Source: Mobula hypostoma (taxonomy: Eukaryota). Taken from it: a stretch of 64,000 bases of DNA. The translations under genes were made by a program, and so were the position numbers. The stretch is from positions 236,964,001-237,028,000 of the forward strand of contig NC_086098.1 of NCBI RefSeq assembly GCF_963921235.1. Reading direction: 5' to 3'. Every line of letters starts with the position of its first letter. The stretch's first letter is position 1. Of the stretch, positions 1-12,250 are shown in pieces. The notes under the pieces were generated by a model. The model searched no databases. It had not been told where the DNA came from and saw only the letters and a program-made list of their open reading frames with translations.

Positions 1-300
1 AGAGAGAAGGAGAGAGAGAGAGACAGACAGAGAGACAGAGAGAGAAAGAGAGAGACAGAGAGACAGAGAGAGAGAAAAAAAAGAGAGAGGCAGAGAGAGA
101 AAGACAGAAGGACAGAGAGCTAGAGACAGAGGCAGACAGAAAGATAGAGGGAGACAGACAGAGACAGACAGACAGAGTGAGACAGAGATACAGAGAGACA
201 GACACAGAGACACAGTGAGACAGAGAAACAGAGAGAGAAAGAGAGAGAGAGAGGGAGAGAGAGAGACAGAGAGAGACAGAGAGGGATAGAGAGAGAGAGA
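1..300. repeat. (AG)/(AGAC)-rich simple repeat
   Basis: Directly visible. Confidence 0.95.
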
Positions 301-516
301 TGAAATAGACTGACGGACAGATATTAGAATAATCCTAAGAGGCACAGGCAATCGAAAGAATCAAAGAGATAGACAGATAGGCAGGGGAGAAGAGAACAAG
401 TTTACAGATAGATTAAAGAAAGATCGCGGGGTTACTACCATCTACCACACTCAATTCCCGGGGTACCCACCGTTCTCTGAAGTCCCCCACTTAACCCATA
501 GTGACAGCATGCACCC

Positions 517-850
517 TCTTTTTTTTTGTAATGTATTTTTTATTGAATTTCATCATCAAAAAAACATTGGCATAAGACGTATTTGAGATACTATACATAT
601 ATATCATATAAACATATTTGTCACAAATCTCCACATAATATTTATCTGAGGTATACACTTATAGAACAGAAAGGGAAGAAAGAACAATCGAAAGAAGAAA
701 ACTATGTACAGAGTAGGGAGTGATCTTTTTTATTTACAACATATTCATTGACTTGTGAGAATAAAATCAGGCCTATGAGGTGTTATGTAGTTAAACCATT
801 TTTCCAGTATGAATAAAATTGTTCCAACTTATGATTAACAGATGCTGTTA
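517..850 (-). mobile_element. L1/Tx1-like LINE 3' end fragment
   Basis: Poly-T start on the plus strand; the minus strand reads ..ASVNHKLEQFYSYWK, resembling an L1 ORF2 C-terminus, followed by a 3' UTR. Confidence 0.45.
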
Positions 851-1410
851 ATCCACACAAGATTCAAACCCAGGCCACACAAGATTCAAACCCAGGTATT
901 CTTTTGGGGACTCTTTATTTGCGTGACACAGAGAGCAATCCCTTTACGGAGCAATGGCTTCGCTTAAATTCAGTACACGCATCCTCTTTATAGATGTTTC
1001 TAACAGGTAGGGGCTTGTTCAACATTTCCATATTTGGTATTGCTCTAAGCAAGCTACAGGGAAATAAACAAGTCACGTAGGCTCGTAGGCTAACAGTACT
1101 AGACTAGAGAAGATTACCCCGTGGTCTTGTGTTTACAGCAGTAGCCTAAAGGGCAGCACGACGATTCTCTGCTGATCCAAGCATTAAGCAATACAGACAG
1201 GCAATTCTATAGTCTCACAAAGGTATTTACCTGATTCAGTTGGCAAAAGTCTTCCAAAGCCCCTTCCTTTTTGATCATTGTGATCAATTCTCCTCCTCGA
1301 AAGAAGAGGGTTTATATGCAGGGGGAGGGACGGAGGAACGCATGCCCAGACAGGCTTTCTCATCATACTCCGTATCGTTGGTCTCTCTCTTCTCGGGTCC
1401 CTTGGTTAAC
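851..1410 (-). repeat. ERV 3' LTR
   Basis: Homologous to 6930-7350 (e.g. TTCAACATTTCCATATTTGGTATTG is shared). Minus-strand AATAAA at ~914-919 and TATAAA at ~1311-1316. Contains a 22-bp duplication at 853-896. Confidence 0.7.
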
Positions 1411-1419
1411 TGGGGGAAA

Positions 1420-2628
1420 TATAATGTTTCATAGAACATAGAACATAGAACATAGAATAGTACAGCACAGTACAGGCCCTTCGGCCCACAATGTTGTGCC
1501 GACCCTCAAACCCTGCCTCCCATATAAGCCCCCAACTTAAATTCCTCCATATACCTGTCCAGTAGTCTCTCAAATTTCACTAGTGTATCTTCCTCCACCA
1601 CTGACTCAGGCAGTGCATTCCATGCACCAACCACTCTGAGTAAAAATCTTACTCTACTATCCCCCTTGAACTTCCCACCCCTTACCTTAAAGCCATGTCC
1701 TCTTGTATTGAGCAGTGGTGCCCTGGGAAAGAGGTGCTGGCTATCCCCTCTATCTATTCCTCTTATTATCTTGTACACCTCTATCATGTCTCCTCTCATC
1801 CTCCTTCTCTCCAAAGAGTAAAGCCATAGCTCCCTTAATTTCTGAACATAATGCATACTCTCTAAACCAGGCAGCATCCTGGTAAATCTGCTCTGTACCC
1901 TTTCCAATGCTTCCACATCCTTCCTATAGTGAGGCGACCAGAACTGGACAGAATTTAGCCTAACCAGAGTTGTATAGAGCTGCATCATAACATCGCAACT
2001 CTTAAACTCTATCCCTCGACTTATGAAAGCTAACACCCCATAAGCTTTCTTAACTACCCTATCCACCTGTGAGGCAACTTTCAGGGATCTGTGGACATGT
2101 ACCCCGAGATCCCTCTGCTCCTCCACACTACCAAGTATCCTACCATTTACTTTGTACTCTGCCTTGGAATTTGTCCTTCCAAAGTGTACCACCTCACAGT
2201 TCTCCGGGTTGAACTCCATCTGCCACTTCTCAGCTCACTTCTGCATGCTATCAATGTCTCTCTGCAATCTTTGACAATCCTCTACACTATCTACAACACC
2301 ACCAACCTTTGTGTCGTCTGCAAACTTGCCAACCCACCCTTCTACCCCAACATCCATGTCGTTAATAAAAATCACGAGAAGTAGAGGTCCCAGAACAGAT
2401 CCTTGTGGGACACCACTAGTCACAATCCTCCAATCTGAATGTACTTCCTCCACCACCATCCTCTGCCCTCTGCAGGCAAGCCAATTTTGAATCCACCTGG
2501 CCAAACTTCCCTGGATCCCATGCCTTCTGACATTCTGAATAAACCTACCATGTGGAATCTTGTCAAATGCCTTACTAAAATCCATATAGATCACATCCAC
2601 TGCACTGCATTTTCGGGAGTGGTGCGTG
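1420..2628 (-). mobile_element. CR1-clade LINE, 5'-truncated (RT C-half + 3' tail)
   Basis: DFSKAFD, GVPQGSVLGP, KFADDTK motifs; (AGAACAT)n tail at 1431-1455. Confidence 0.93.
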
Positions 2629-3118
2629 AAGAAAGGGGTCAGTTGGGCGCTGCATATTTTAATAAATTAACCACTACGATTATTAAGTGCAAGATGAGGC
2701 TGTATTAGGAAATCGTTGCCCCCCCTTACCAGGAGTCCATTAAAGGGCCAACACCACCGTCCTTTTGGATTGTAGTCATCGAATCTCTCACTCACATTCC
2801 GAATTAGCTCTACGCTTTTCTTTATGTGCCCAGCTAGATGGGTGATATTCTCAGATTCACCTGGGATATAGATACAACATTCCTGTCCTATAAAAAGGTC
2901 CCTCTTTTTCCGGCTGGTATAAAACCTGAGGTCATCCTATTCTGCGGCACTACAATCCTAACGGCTACGACTTCAGCTGTGATGGATTCTATTTTTTGCT
3001 GGCATATTCATAAGTCATACGCATAAAAGTATAAGGTAGCGGGTTGCTATCTTCTCCTGTTCCATTCCCCCACCAGTGTTCCTTTCAGTCCTATCAATAT
3101 TAATAGGATGATCCTCAT
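2629..3118 (-). pseudogene. env: ERV env remnant: signal peptide joined almost directly to TM (SU deleted)
   Basis: MRIILLILIGLKGTLVG from the ATG at 3118; degenerate immunosuppressive domain PQNRMTSGFIPAG (2933-2944 = QNRM); frameshift, then IGQECCIYIPGESENIT (CC at 2874-2879). Confidence 0.8.
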
Positions 3119-3139
3119 TCTTTTTAGATGTGGACTGGT

Positions 3140-5200
3140 ATTTCGGCTTGCACCGGTAATATAGATCTAATCAGCCCTCCCTTAGAGTTTGACCGCAGTT
3201 CGAGTGACGAGGAGTACCTGCTATAGTCCTTTCCAACTCCAGTGTCTCGAATGGTGTGACAATCACAGCCTGCCAGGATCGTATGATCATTCGGCTTGCA
3301 GGAGGAGCCGTCTGTAAAGAGAATAAGATGGGGATTATCTAAGGGGGGGGGGAGGGGTTAGCTAACAGATCCGGCGGGGACGAGATGACTATCCCGGCTA
3401 CTTTCAGGCGATCATGGGGATCGGGAGGACCAAGGAGAGGCATTAGGAAGGATTTAGGGCTAGTGTTCTTCGAAAAGAGAGGTTAGGTTTATTGAACAAC
3501 TTCAAGAGGGTGGCGGCATTTTCCATTTCCTCGGTCCATTGGACAATTTTGGACGCAGTTTGTATCAATCGCTCCCGAAGGGTTGTCTCGCAGATCCTGT
3601 ATTCAGGGACCCATATCTGCATCAAATTATCATGCTCAGAAAGTTCATTATTTGCTTCTGGGTGGAAGCCTTAGGGGCCCGGTGTTGGCAGAAATACATT
3701 CGGGGCCTAATCTTCGCGTGCCCTCCTGTAATACCCCCAGTCGGTGACTATTGGTTGGCAGTACTATAATTTGGACAGAGAGGCTGTATGACCCTTAGCT
3801 GCCAGGTGGTTTAAAAGTGTGATAGAGTCCATTCTACCGGCGGTGAGATTTTGGGAAGCGAGTAGCAAGTCGTAGGCGTACTGTAACAGAGCTCTCTCTT
3901 CAGAAAGGAGCATATCAGCCAGCTCATCTCTGACTGCAGCGGCATAGACAGCCGGAGTTTCCGTGTATCCCTGAGGTAGTCGAGTCCATGTATATTGTTG
4001 GCCATTGTAAGTAAAGGCAAATAGATACTGTCTGTCTTCGTGCAGGGCGATGGAGAAGAAGGCAGAGCACAAGTCGACTACAGTGTACCAGCGGCTTTGG
4101 GAGGGAATGAAATGCTGTCCACCACAAAGACGAAATCGGTTGCACTATTTGATCAATTGCCCGTCGCTCCTGTACGAGCCGCCATTCTTCAGGTCTTCCC
4201 AGTTTTTTAGAGGCTGGAAAAATAGATGTGTTGCAAGGAATCTGAGTGGGGCGAAGAACCCCCTGTTGTAATTGGGTCTCGATCACTGGCCTCATGCCTA
4301 GCGCCTACGTGATTTTTATGTTGAGCCCATAATTTTCGGTTCACTTGCTAGATGTTGGCAGGTCTTGACCGTTGGGGCTGGGTCGGGGGAAGATGACGAG
4401 AAAATATCTTTTCGGCTCACATGGGAGCAATCATAAACCCGCCCGTTCTGGGGATTCAGGAAGTGTACCCCGGGTTCCCGGCATCGGTGCAGGTCGACCT
4501 ATGGGTCCCAAGTTCTTCTGTGTGAAAGGAGGTTTCAGGTCTAAAGAGACATGGGCGACTGTGTCCCTAGGAGTAATCGTGTCTGATGATAGAGAAAACT
4601 TGGGTCTAAGTGGACTTCGGCAACCCCTCGGGGCCAAAAGCCATGACCCGACTGAACTAAATGGATACCAACGTGCCGTCATATTCGGAAGCATCCTTTT
4701 TTAATGATAATCATAATCAGGATCGGGGTCTCGGAAGGCGACGGTACAGTGCAACGCAGTTGTCGACCTGCAGGTATTTACAAAATCCCTCAAGAATTCC
4801 CGATCCCACCCCTCCCCCACTTCTATCATCATTCCCTGCCACTTTCAGTTTCTCCAGGGGAGCCCCTCTATAACCTAGGCAAATAAAGCCGCCTGCGTTT
4901 CTGTGGATCCCGTTTTTCGGAGCATCATAGAGCGAAGCTCAGGCAGATTTTCACTGAGCAGTTCGTGGTACAATCCGTCGGGAGTGCAACGGCTTTCGGT
5001 TTGCACAAAGCCTGGCGTTCTGGTAGGTTAATACATGAGCAATTGGCTATAACAAAGGTTTCCTCTACCCCTCTGCCTTCTACTCTAATATCTGCCGGCT
5101 GAGGCAATGGATCCGTTAAGGTAATGGACTCCAGTTATCCCCACGGTTTTTATAGTCTTAGTAACTAGTGGCCGATATAGCGGCTCCGGAATCGACCAGG
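3140..5200 (-). pseudogene. pol: ERV pro-pol remnant (protease, RT, integrase C-terminus; RNase H and IN core missing)
   Basis: DSGA at 5182-5193; EEWRLVQ; FFSI..FAFTY..QYTWTRLPQGY; YAYD at 3869-3880 (one change from YADD); QWTEEMENA; GPY/F-type motif at 3185-3235; many frameshifts and stops. Confidence 0.88.
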
Positions 5201-5270
5201 ACATATACTCGTTTTTGTACCCATTTCTATTTCTAGGAGTGATCTTCCTGAGGGTTATCAGAGAGCCTGA

Positions 5271-6554
5271 TCATAGCCGCTTGCATTGTCTTCCCCTAGT
5301 GGCCTCCCTGTTGTGGCTCGAAGGGGTTACGCAAAGCAAAAGGTGCCATTTCCGGGGATTTTCGCCGGTCATTCTTTCTCTCTGTCCTCTCATATTCTGT
5401 CCCTCCACGCCGCCTCGGCGCTTTCTGGCCCAATGCCTCTTTCGCCTACATGTTTTACATACGTCCTGTCGAGCTCCCGCCTTCCACTTCCCTTTTTGCA
5501 TATACTGCCCCTTTTCTCCTGTGATCTTAAACAACCCACTTCGTTCCATGCTGGTCAGGGTCAGGGTTACCACATTCCATTGCTGAATATTTCAGCACAG
5601 ATTGGTCAACGTAAAGGCATTGGCGATCTCAGGTCGCAAGCAGTTCAGGTAGGGTTGTACAGTCAATGGGTCATTTTGCTGGTCCAGGGGTATTCCCGAA
5701 ATTGATTTCTAGGTAACTTTGAATACGCCTATGAAGTCAGTGACTGTCTCCGTGTTGTCGGTCTGCGGCTAGCTTTAACTTCGCGCAACCACGTTTCCAT
5801 AGCCTGTCGGGTATCCTCGCCGACTGCTGGTCGACAGTCACCCTCGAGAGTAGCACTGGCGAGCAGGAAGTTGGCCTCTGCTCCTACCCATGATGTTCCG
5901 TATATGATGCGGAGGAACGCGCGTAAATCGTCCTGAAGTGGGTTAAATACTTGACAGACCTGAGCACGCCAATTATGAAACGATACAAGTTTTCTTAGTG
6001 GATCAGAGGCGTCGCTGATCATACTGCGTACCTCAGTCGGCGTCCAGAGCTTTAAATAAGAACATCATGCACCATTATCCGGGGGAATTGGAAATGATTA
6101 AGGTCCCTCTTGGTCAAACTCACTCCCCCGTCTGGTGGAAACTCAACCCTCCGTGATCAGAGAGCCCGTTTCCGCCCATAAGCTCTGGAAGAATCGGGCA
6201 CAGGGCGGGGTTCCAGTCCTGGGGAGCAGCTGGTGCCGCCACAGTCAGGGCTGGCTGCCCGTTCTGGGGTCTTTGTTGAAAATCCCACCGCCACTTCAAT
6301 AACTTCCATATAAATCAATGAAAATGGAAGAGTGCCTGCTGTCCCCCGTTTCCAAGCAAACGTTATCGGCAGGTGAACCAGGAGGAACTCGCGCAACAAT
6401 TGCTTTGTCGTCTTGCATTTTGCAATTTTCTTCTCCGTATCCTTCTTCACTGCGCAATTGTAATTGGATAGGCCGGGTGTCGGTGATGTGAAGGTTCCTT
6501 GTTCTTTTCCGATCGAACAGGCTTGACCAGGGTCTTACTGGCTCCGTTTGCCAT
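5271..6554 (-). pseudogene. gag: ERV gag remnant
   Basis: Probable start MANGASK (6554); capsid-like WTPTEVRSMI..FNPLQDDL; degenerate zinc knuckle CKTCRRKRHW; lies between the PBS and the protease. Confidence 0.7.
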
Positions 6555-6886
6555 TTTAATATCTATTTTTATTTTTATTTATTAGCACTCTATTTTCGAT
6601 ACTAACAGCGCTTCGTAATCAGCTGATTACCATATATGAATACCTGGGTCCCGTTCAATTTCACAAAAGTATTTGTCTATTTGGCCTGATCTCTCTCACC
6701 CAGTTTCCTTCTTTTCTTGTCAATACTCAGGGACTGGTCACTGGCCGGTGGGTACGTACTTCCTCACGCCTCACCCTGCTCTTGGTCCTGATTTATGTCT
6801 TTCTGGGAAGTTTCACAGGTGGATTTCGATTCTTTTCCGAGGGGCCAATTCCTCAGTTGGGGCGCAGTTAGATCCTGTATATAGGA

Positions 6887-6904
6887 ATTCCATCCTCGTC
6901 GCCA
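6887..6904 (-). promoter_or_regulatory. Primer-binding site complementary to tRNA-Ser(GCT)
   Basis: TGGCGACGAGGATGGAAT, 2 nt after the LTR-terminal CA; 17/18 match to the vertebrate tRNA-Ser(GCT) 3' end ATCCCATCCTCGTCGCCA as recalled. Confidence 0.8.
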
Positions 6905-6906
6905 AA

Positions 6907-7350
6907 TGGTTAGGGAGTTACTTTTTCCACACAGGACTCAAACACATGCATCCTTTAGGAGGCTCTTTATTTATGCGACACGGAGAGCCGTCCATCCGGA
7001 GATCAACGACTGCACTTACAATCAATACATGCATCATCTTTGTAGTAGAATCTAACGGTATGGTTTTTTCAACATTTCCATATTTGGTATTGTCCCAAGC
7101 AAGCAACAGAGAAAAGCATTATAAGTCATACAGCAGTAGGCTAGAGGGAAGTACCACGTAGTCTTTTGTTTACAACAGTACGTTAAAGGGCAGCACCTGA
7201 GTTTGCCTTTAGTGTGTAACAGCATGCCAGAAGGCAGTACCACGATTTTCTGCTGAGTCAAGCATTAGGCTATACACACACACAATTCTATAGTGTGGAA
7301 GTCCTACCTGTGAAATTTAGAAAAGGTATTTAACCGACCCAGTTGGCCAA
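6907..7350 (-). repeat. ERV 5' LTR (U3 apparently truncated)
   Basis: Ends in CA next to the PBS; homologous to 851-1250. Confidence 0.72.
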
Positions 7351-7354
7351 AATC

Positions 7355-8097
7355 CCCCACAGGGAGAGAGGAATAACAGACATAAATAGTTTACACAAAT
7401 CAGATAAAACTTCGAAGGAAATATTTTCAACGAAAACAAGATTCAGCACTCCATGCGAACATATGCAATTCTGTAAAGAATTAAACTTAAACTTAAATCA
7501 GAGCATAACCCAGAAAAACGAAGAAGTTATTATTATACAAGAAACGGTTAATCCTAGAGCATTAGCATTCCTGGAAAGCATCCCCACGATCTGAGCAGAC
7601 TAGATGCCGACAAAGGAGCACCAAACCCCTTGTTCAGAGTTGGGAACCTCTTTACAGAATTAGAAGGGTTCCTTGTGGCAATACAGATCAGGTGGTTAAC
7701 ACAAAAATATTAAAATACGCAATTAAAGTGCAACAAATTCTAGACGATAATTGCAGAAAGTACCACGTGAAGCCCGAAACAATCCAACACATTATAGGAT
7801 CCTGCAGCAGTTTAATTCAAAGTTATTACTTACACAGTCATAATGAAACGGCAAACATCACTCACCAAAATCATGCTTTAGAAATCAAGTTCATAAAAAA
7901 TCCTTACCTTAGTATTAATGCAAGCCTGATCCAGTCTTAGAGTCAGATTTCCACAAATTATATTATGACCGATCCATTATTACAGATAGAAAAATCCATG
8001 ATAACTGCCCAGATATGGCAATACAGGACAGACAAGCAAGAATAACTTCCGTAATAGATATAGACATTGGAAACCCATGTAAAATGTGAAAATCAAT
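7355..8097 (+). mobile_element. R4/Dong-type non-LTR element fragment (CCHC + restriction-like endonuclease); continues at 10730-11045 after nested insertions
   Basis: CRK..ETIQHIIGSC..YLHSHN motif; the 3' part ends in an (AAT)-rich tail at ~11025-11045. Confidence 0.75.
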
Positions 8098-8159
8098 AAT
8101 CAGAATCAGAATCAGTTTTAATACCACCGGATATAAGAACGCTTCGCAGAGCAACTACG

Positions 8160-8790
8160 CTTCCTCCGTCAGAAAAAGTGGGATCTACCTGTAGAGACCT
8201 ATTTCAATTCTACTTTGCATTTCCATCACTACACTTCCGTCCATCGCCTCCTGTCCTGACGCGATGAGGCCACAGACAGGTTGGAGGAGCAAGACCTTAT
8301 ATTCCGTCTGGGTAGCCTACAACCTGATGGCATGAACATCGACTTCTCCAACTTCCGGTAACTGCCTTCCTTCACCATACCGCATTCCCGTTTCCCTCTT
8401 TCACCTCACCTCGTTACCTGTCTATCACCTCCTTCTGGTGTTCCTCACCCTCCCTTTCTTCCACGGTCTTCTATTCTTTCCTGTCAGATTCCGCCGCCCC
8501 CCACGACCATTTATCTCTTTCATCACTCAACTTCACAGATCTTAACCTCACCCCTCCTCCGGTTTCAACTATCATCTGCCACCTTGAACTTCTTCCTCCT
8601 CTCCACCACTTTCTTACTTTCACTTCTCTGCTTCCTTTCCAGTCCTGAAGAGTCCCGAAAAGTCCAGGCCCGAAAGGTCGACTCTTTACTGTTTTCCCTA
8701 GATGCTGCCTGGCCTGCTGATTTCCTCCAGCATTTTGTGTGTATTGGTTTGGATCCCCTAAATCTGCAGATTCTTTCCTGTTTGTGATGC
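8160..8790 (+). mobile_element. Penelope-like element 3' end (GIY-YIG C-terminus + pseudo-LTR)
   Basis: RLEEQDLIFRLGSLQPDGMNIDFSNFR* ending at 8361, followed by a CT-rich pLTR and the GATGCTGCCTGGCCTGCTG module. Confidence 0.82.
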
Positions 8791-10100
8791 TGCTGGACGA
8801 TCGTCGTTCAGGCAGATCACCCTGCTCTTCTTGGGTACTGGTATATTTGTTGCCCTTTTGTGGGAACTCCGACTGTAGTAATGAGAGATTGAAAATGCCT
8901 TTGAAAACCCTGGCAGTTGTTTATACAGGTTTTTAGAGCCTTATCAAGTATTCCACCCGAGCCTGATGCCTTGCGAGGACTCACCCTGTTGAAAGACAGC
9001 CTGACGTTAACTCCGAGAGAGATCACAGGGTTACATATGCTGCAGGGATCTTCATAGCTGCATTTTTATTCTCTCTTTCATAAACGCCGTTGAGTCCGGC
9101 AGAGAGTGAAGCACCACTGCCATTCATGATGTCGAGATTCGCCTTGTAGGAATGGCGTACAAATTCTGCCAGATGTGTATCCGATGTGGTTTCCAACATC
9201 TCTGAGCACTTTTTTTTAGCTCTTGAGATGGCCCTCCGGAAGTCATAGGAACACACATAAAAGTTGCTGGTGAACGCAGCAGGCCAGGCAGCATCTCTAG
9301 GAAGAGGTGCAGTCGATGTTTCAGGCCGAGACCCTGAAACGTCGACTGTACCTCTTCCTAGAGATGCTGCCTGGCTGCGTTCACCAGCAACTTTGATGTG
9401 TGTTGCTTGAATTTCCAGCATCTGCAGAATTCCTGTTGTCTCCGGAAGTCATACCCGGTTTTCTTGTACAGATCTGGGTCGCCAGACTTGAATGTCACAG
9501 ATCTAGCCCTCAGCAGCCTGCGAACCTCCTGGTCCATCCACGGCTTTTGATTTGGGTATGTACAGTAGGATCTCGTAGGAACACACTCATCAACACAGCT
9601 TTTAATTAAGTCACTGACTGCTGTGGTATCCTTGCTCAGACTCGAAGATGAATCACCTGTTCAAAGCAGTCCTGTGAGCACGCCTGTGCTCCACTTGTCA
9701 ATGCCTTCTTGGTCCTCACTACTGGTGCTGCGGTCTTCAGTATCTGCCAATACTCGTGGAGTGGAAGTACAGCCAGATGATCAGACTTTCCAAAGTCTGG
9801 GCGTGGAATAGCACGGTAAGCGCTCTCGATGGTAATGTAACAGTGGTGTCTTGCTTCCTCTGGTATTACAAGTGATTTGTTACTAAAGGGTATCTGGAGA
9901 TTTCTTCAAGATAGCCTGGTTAAGGTCCTCCAAAATGACGGAAAAGGCATCAGGATATGCTGTTCCATACCTGTTGACCACATCCATCAGTCTGTTCAGA
10001 TATTGTTTGATATTGGCCTGTGGAACATCGCTACCAAAATAATCGCTAAAATCTCCTGCGGCGGATAAAAAGGATGGCAACTAATCGCGTGGGTGCTCCT
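8790..10100 (-). mobile_element. Rex1/Babar-clade LINE fragment (APE end to pre-RT), interrupted at 9248-9439
   Basis: YPDAFSVILEDLNQ, GKSDHLAV, YPNQKPWM and RVSPRKASG motifs. Confidence 0.8.
9248..9439. mobile_element. Penelope pLTR-derived palindromic short element with a 14-bp target-site duplication
   Basis: Inverted arms at 9250-9325 and 9333-9404; CTCCGGAAGTCATA at 9234-9247 and 9440-9453. Confidence 0.85.
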
Positions 10101-10139
10101 GGTTTGGTGATCAGGATTGGGACATCACTGCCACTTTTG

Positions 10140-10690
10140 TACACCATGAGGAGCTCAGAATCAGAATCAGATTTATTAACATCGGCATGTGTGGTGAAAT
10201 TTGTTAACTCCAGCAGCAATTCAGTGGAATACATAATATAGAAGAAGAAAATTAAAAATAAATAGATAAGTGAATTAATTACGGTATGTGTATATTGAAT
10301 AGATTTTAAATCGTGCAAAAACAGGTATAATATATATTAAAAAGTCAGCTAGTGTTCATGGGTTCACTGTCCATTTAGGAATCGAATGGCCGAGAGGAAG
10401 AAGCTGTTCCTGAATTGCTGAGTGTGTGCTTTCAGGCTTCTGTACCTCCTACCTGATGTTAACAATGATCATGAAGGAGGCTCCATCACTTCTGCTTTTG
10501 AAAGATTCAGCAGACCAATCTTGGTGATGTATTGTGAACCCGCCTATCTGAATCGCTGCGTCCGGAACAGAAGGGGTTAACCAAGATTCCGTGAAACAAA
10601 AGACGCACGTGGTCCTAATGTACCTCTGATACAGCACCCTACGTCGGAGATCTTCGATTTTATTTACCACACGCTATACGTTTGCCAGTA
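10140..10690 (-). mobile_element. Internally deleted Rex1-type element (APE N-terminus fused to 3' tail)
   Basis: NKIEDLR..CFTESWL motif, then 3' UTR and (TCTGAT)n-type tail. Confidence 0.6.
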
Positions 10691-11289
10691 AGATAGTTGG
10701 TACTGAGAGGCGAAAGCCGCTACTTCTTAAATAAGCCGAGCTGTGAATAAGCGAATAACAGCAGAAATATGCTGAATTAAAAGATTATAGAATATGAACA
10801 GAGTGTACATTCTCCCAATAGTAATATCTGCAACTGGTATCATCCCAAAGTTTCTGCATGATAGCAATAAAAATTGGGCCTACAAAGCAATATTTATATA
10901 AAGTGGCCAGAAAGCCCCAATACTAAACACTACTGGAATAGTCTCAATGTTCTTAGCAATTGATTGGCTATGCTCGGATCCCACACTTCACTAGACTGAG
11001 GTGAATAAAACCAGTAAGTACATAATAATAATAAATAAATAAATTTGTAATAAATACTGGTAGTAGGAGATGAAGAACCCTTCCAAATGAATCCATAGAT
11101 TGTGGAAACATTTCAATGATGGGCCAAGAGAAGTTGAGTGAATTGATTTGCTCTGCTTCAAGAACCTGAAGGTTGAGGGATTATTAATTTTTCTGGTTAA
11201 TTGTGTGAATCTTCAGACTCTTGTACCTTTTTACCGATGCTCGCAGGGAGAGGAGAGTATGGCCTGAATGGTGGCAGCCACGAACGGAG

Positions 11290-12250
11290 ACCAGTGCAGA
11301 GTACCCTTGTAGCTGTTCCCCTGTATAATAAGTGTGCTATTTTGGATATTGTTGAGGGGGACGTCCCACTTGGGGGAGAGGTGGATGGGGAGGAGCAACC
11401 AACCAGGTCATAGACTCTAAGCCTGACGTTGTGGCTCCGAAGAGAGGGGAAGAGGACTGCAGTGATGACAAGAGATTACATAGATGCAGGAATAGATGAT
11501 ATTGCTGAGTAACCAGGAGTTTGTTACATATTGGCACCAATGACCTGGGCAGGAAAGGGCAGGATGTCCTGAACAGAAATCTTAGGGGGCTAGGTAGAAA
11601 GATGAAAAGCAGGACCCCCCCAGTGTAGTAATCTCTGGATTGCCGCCTGTGTCACGCACCAGTGAGGGAAGGAATGGAATGAATTAGCAGATGAATGGGT
11701 GGCTGAGGAACTGTTGCACGGGGTAGGGACTCAGATTTCTGGATCATTGGCGTTTCATCTGGGGAATGTACAATCTGTACAAAAGGGACGAGGTACACCT
11801 GAACCGAAGGGGGATCAATATCCTTGCGGGCAGGTTTTCTCGAGCTGTATAAACTAATTTAGCAGTGCGAAGGGAACCAATATTATAGTACTACTGATTA
11901 GGCCGCTGGTTTACAAACGGGCGCAGTACATGGTGCGATTGCAAGTAAGGAGCAGCAGATGATAAGGTAAAATTGCGATTACCGAGATGAGTTGTAATTT
12001 ACACGGAGAACAACATCCACAGATTTTCTCTTGTTTGTGCCACACATGAGGCTGTTTAACAAATTAAAAGCACGTGGCAATACAGAAAAACATGCCAGCA
12101 TGGATATAGCATTGGCTGGTGGGAGTCAAAGAGTTAGAATAAGGTGAGCCGTCTCTGGTTGGCTGCCGGTGACTAGACGTATTCCACAGGGGGCTGCGTT
12201 GGGACCCTTTCTGTTTTACAATATATATCAATAATTTGGATGATGCAATT
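11290..12250 (+). mobile_element. Degenerate CR1 fragment: ORF1 SGNH/GDSL esterase plus RT piece
   Basis: PVQST.VAVPL, HIGTNDLGRK and VHLN..G.NILAGRF motifs. Confidence 0.75.

Larger units (their letters stand above)
851..7350 (-). mobile_element. Decayed endogenous retrovirus (class I, gamma/epsilon-like): LTR-PBS-gag-pro-pol(del)-env(del)-LTR, interrupted by a CR1
   Basis: Related direct repeats at ~851-1410 and 6907-7350; tRNA PBS; protease LVDSGA; RT LPQGY and YAYD; integrase WKG..QVLLVTRTAVKL; env QNRM and ECCIYIP. Confidence 0.88.

Noticed and set aside
6887-6904. tRNA-Ser gene
   Set aside because: Only the 3'-terminal 18 nt including CCA match, which marks a retroviral PBS and not a tRNA gene
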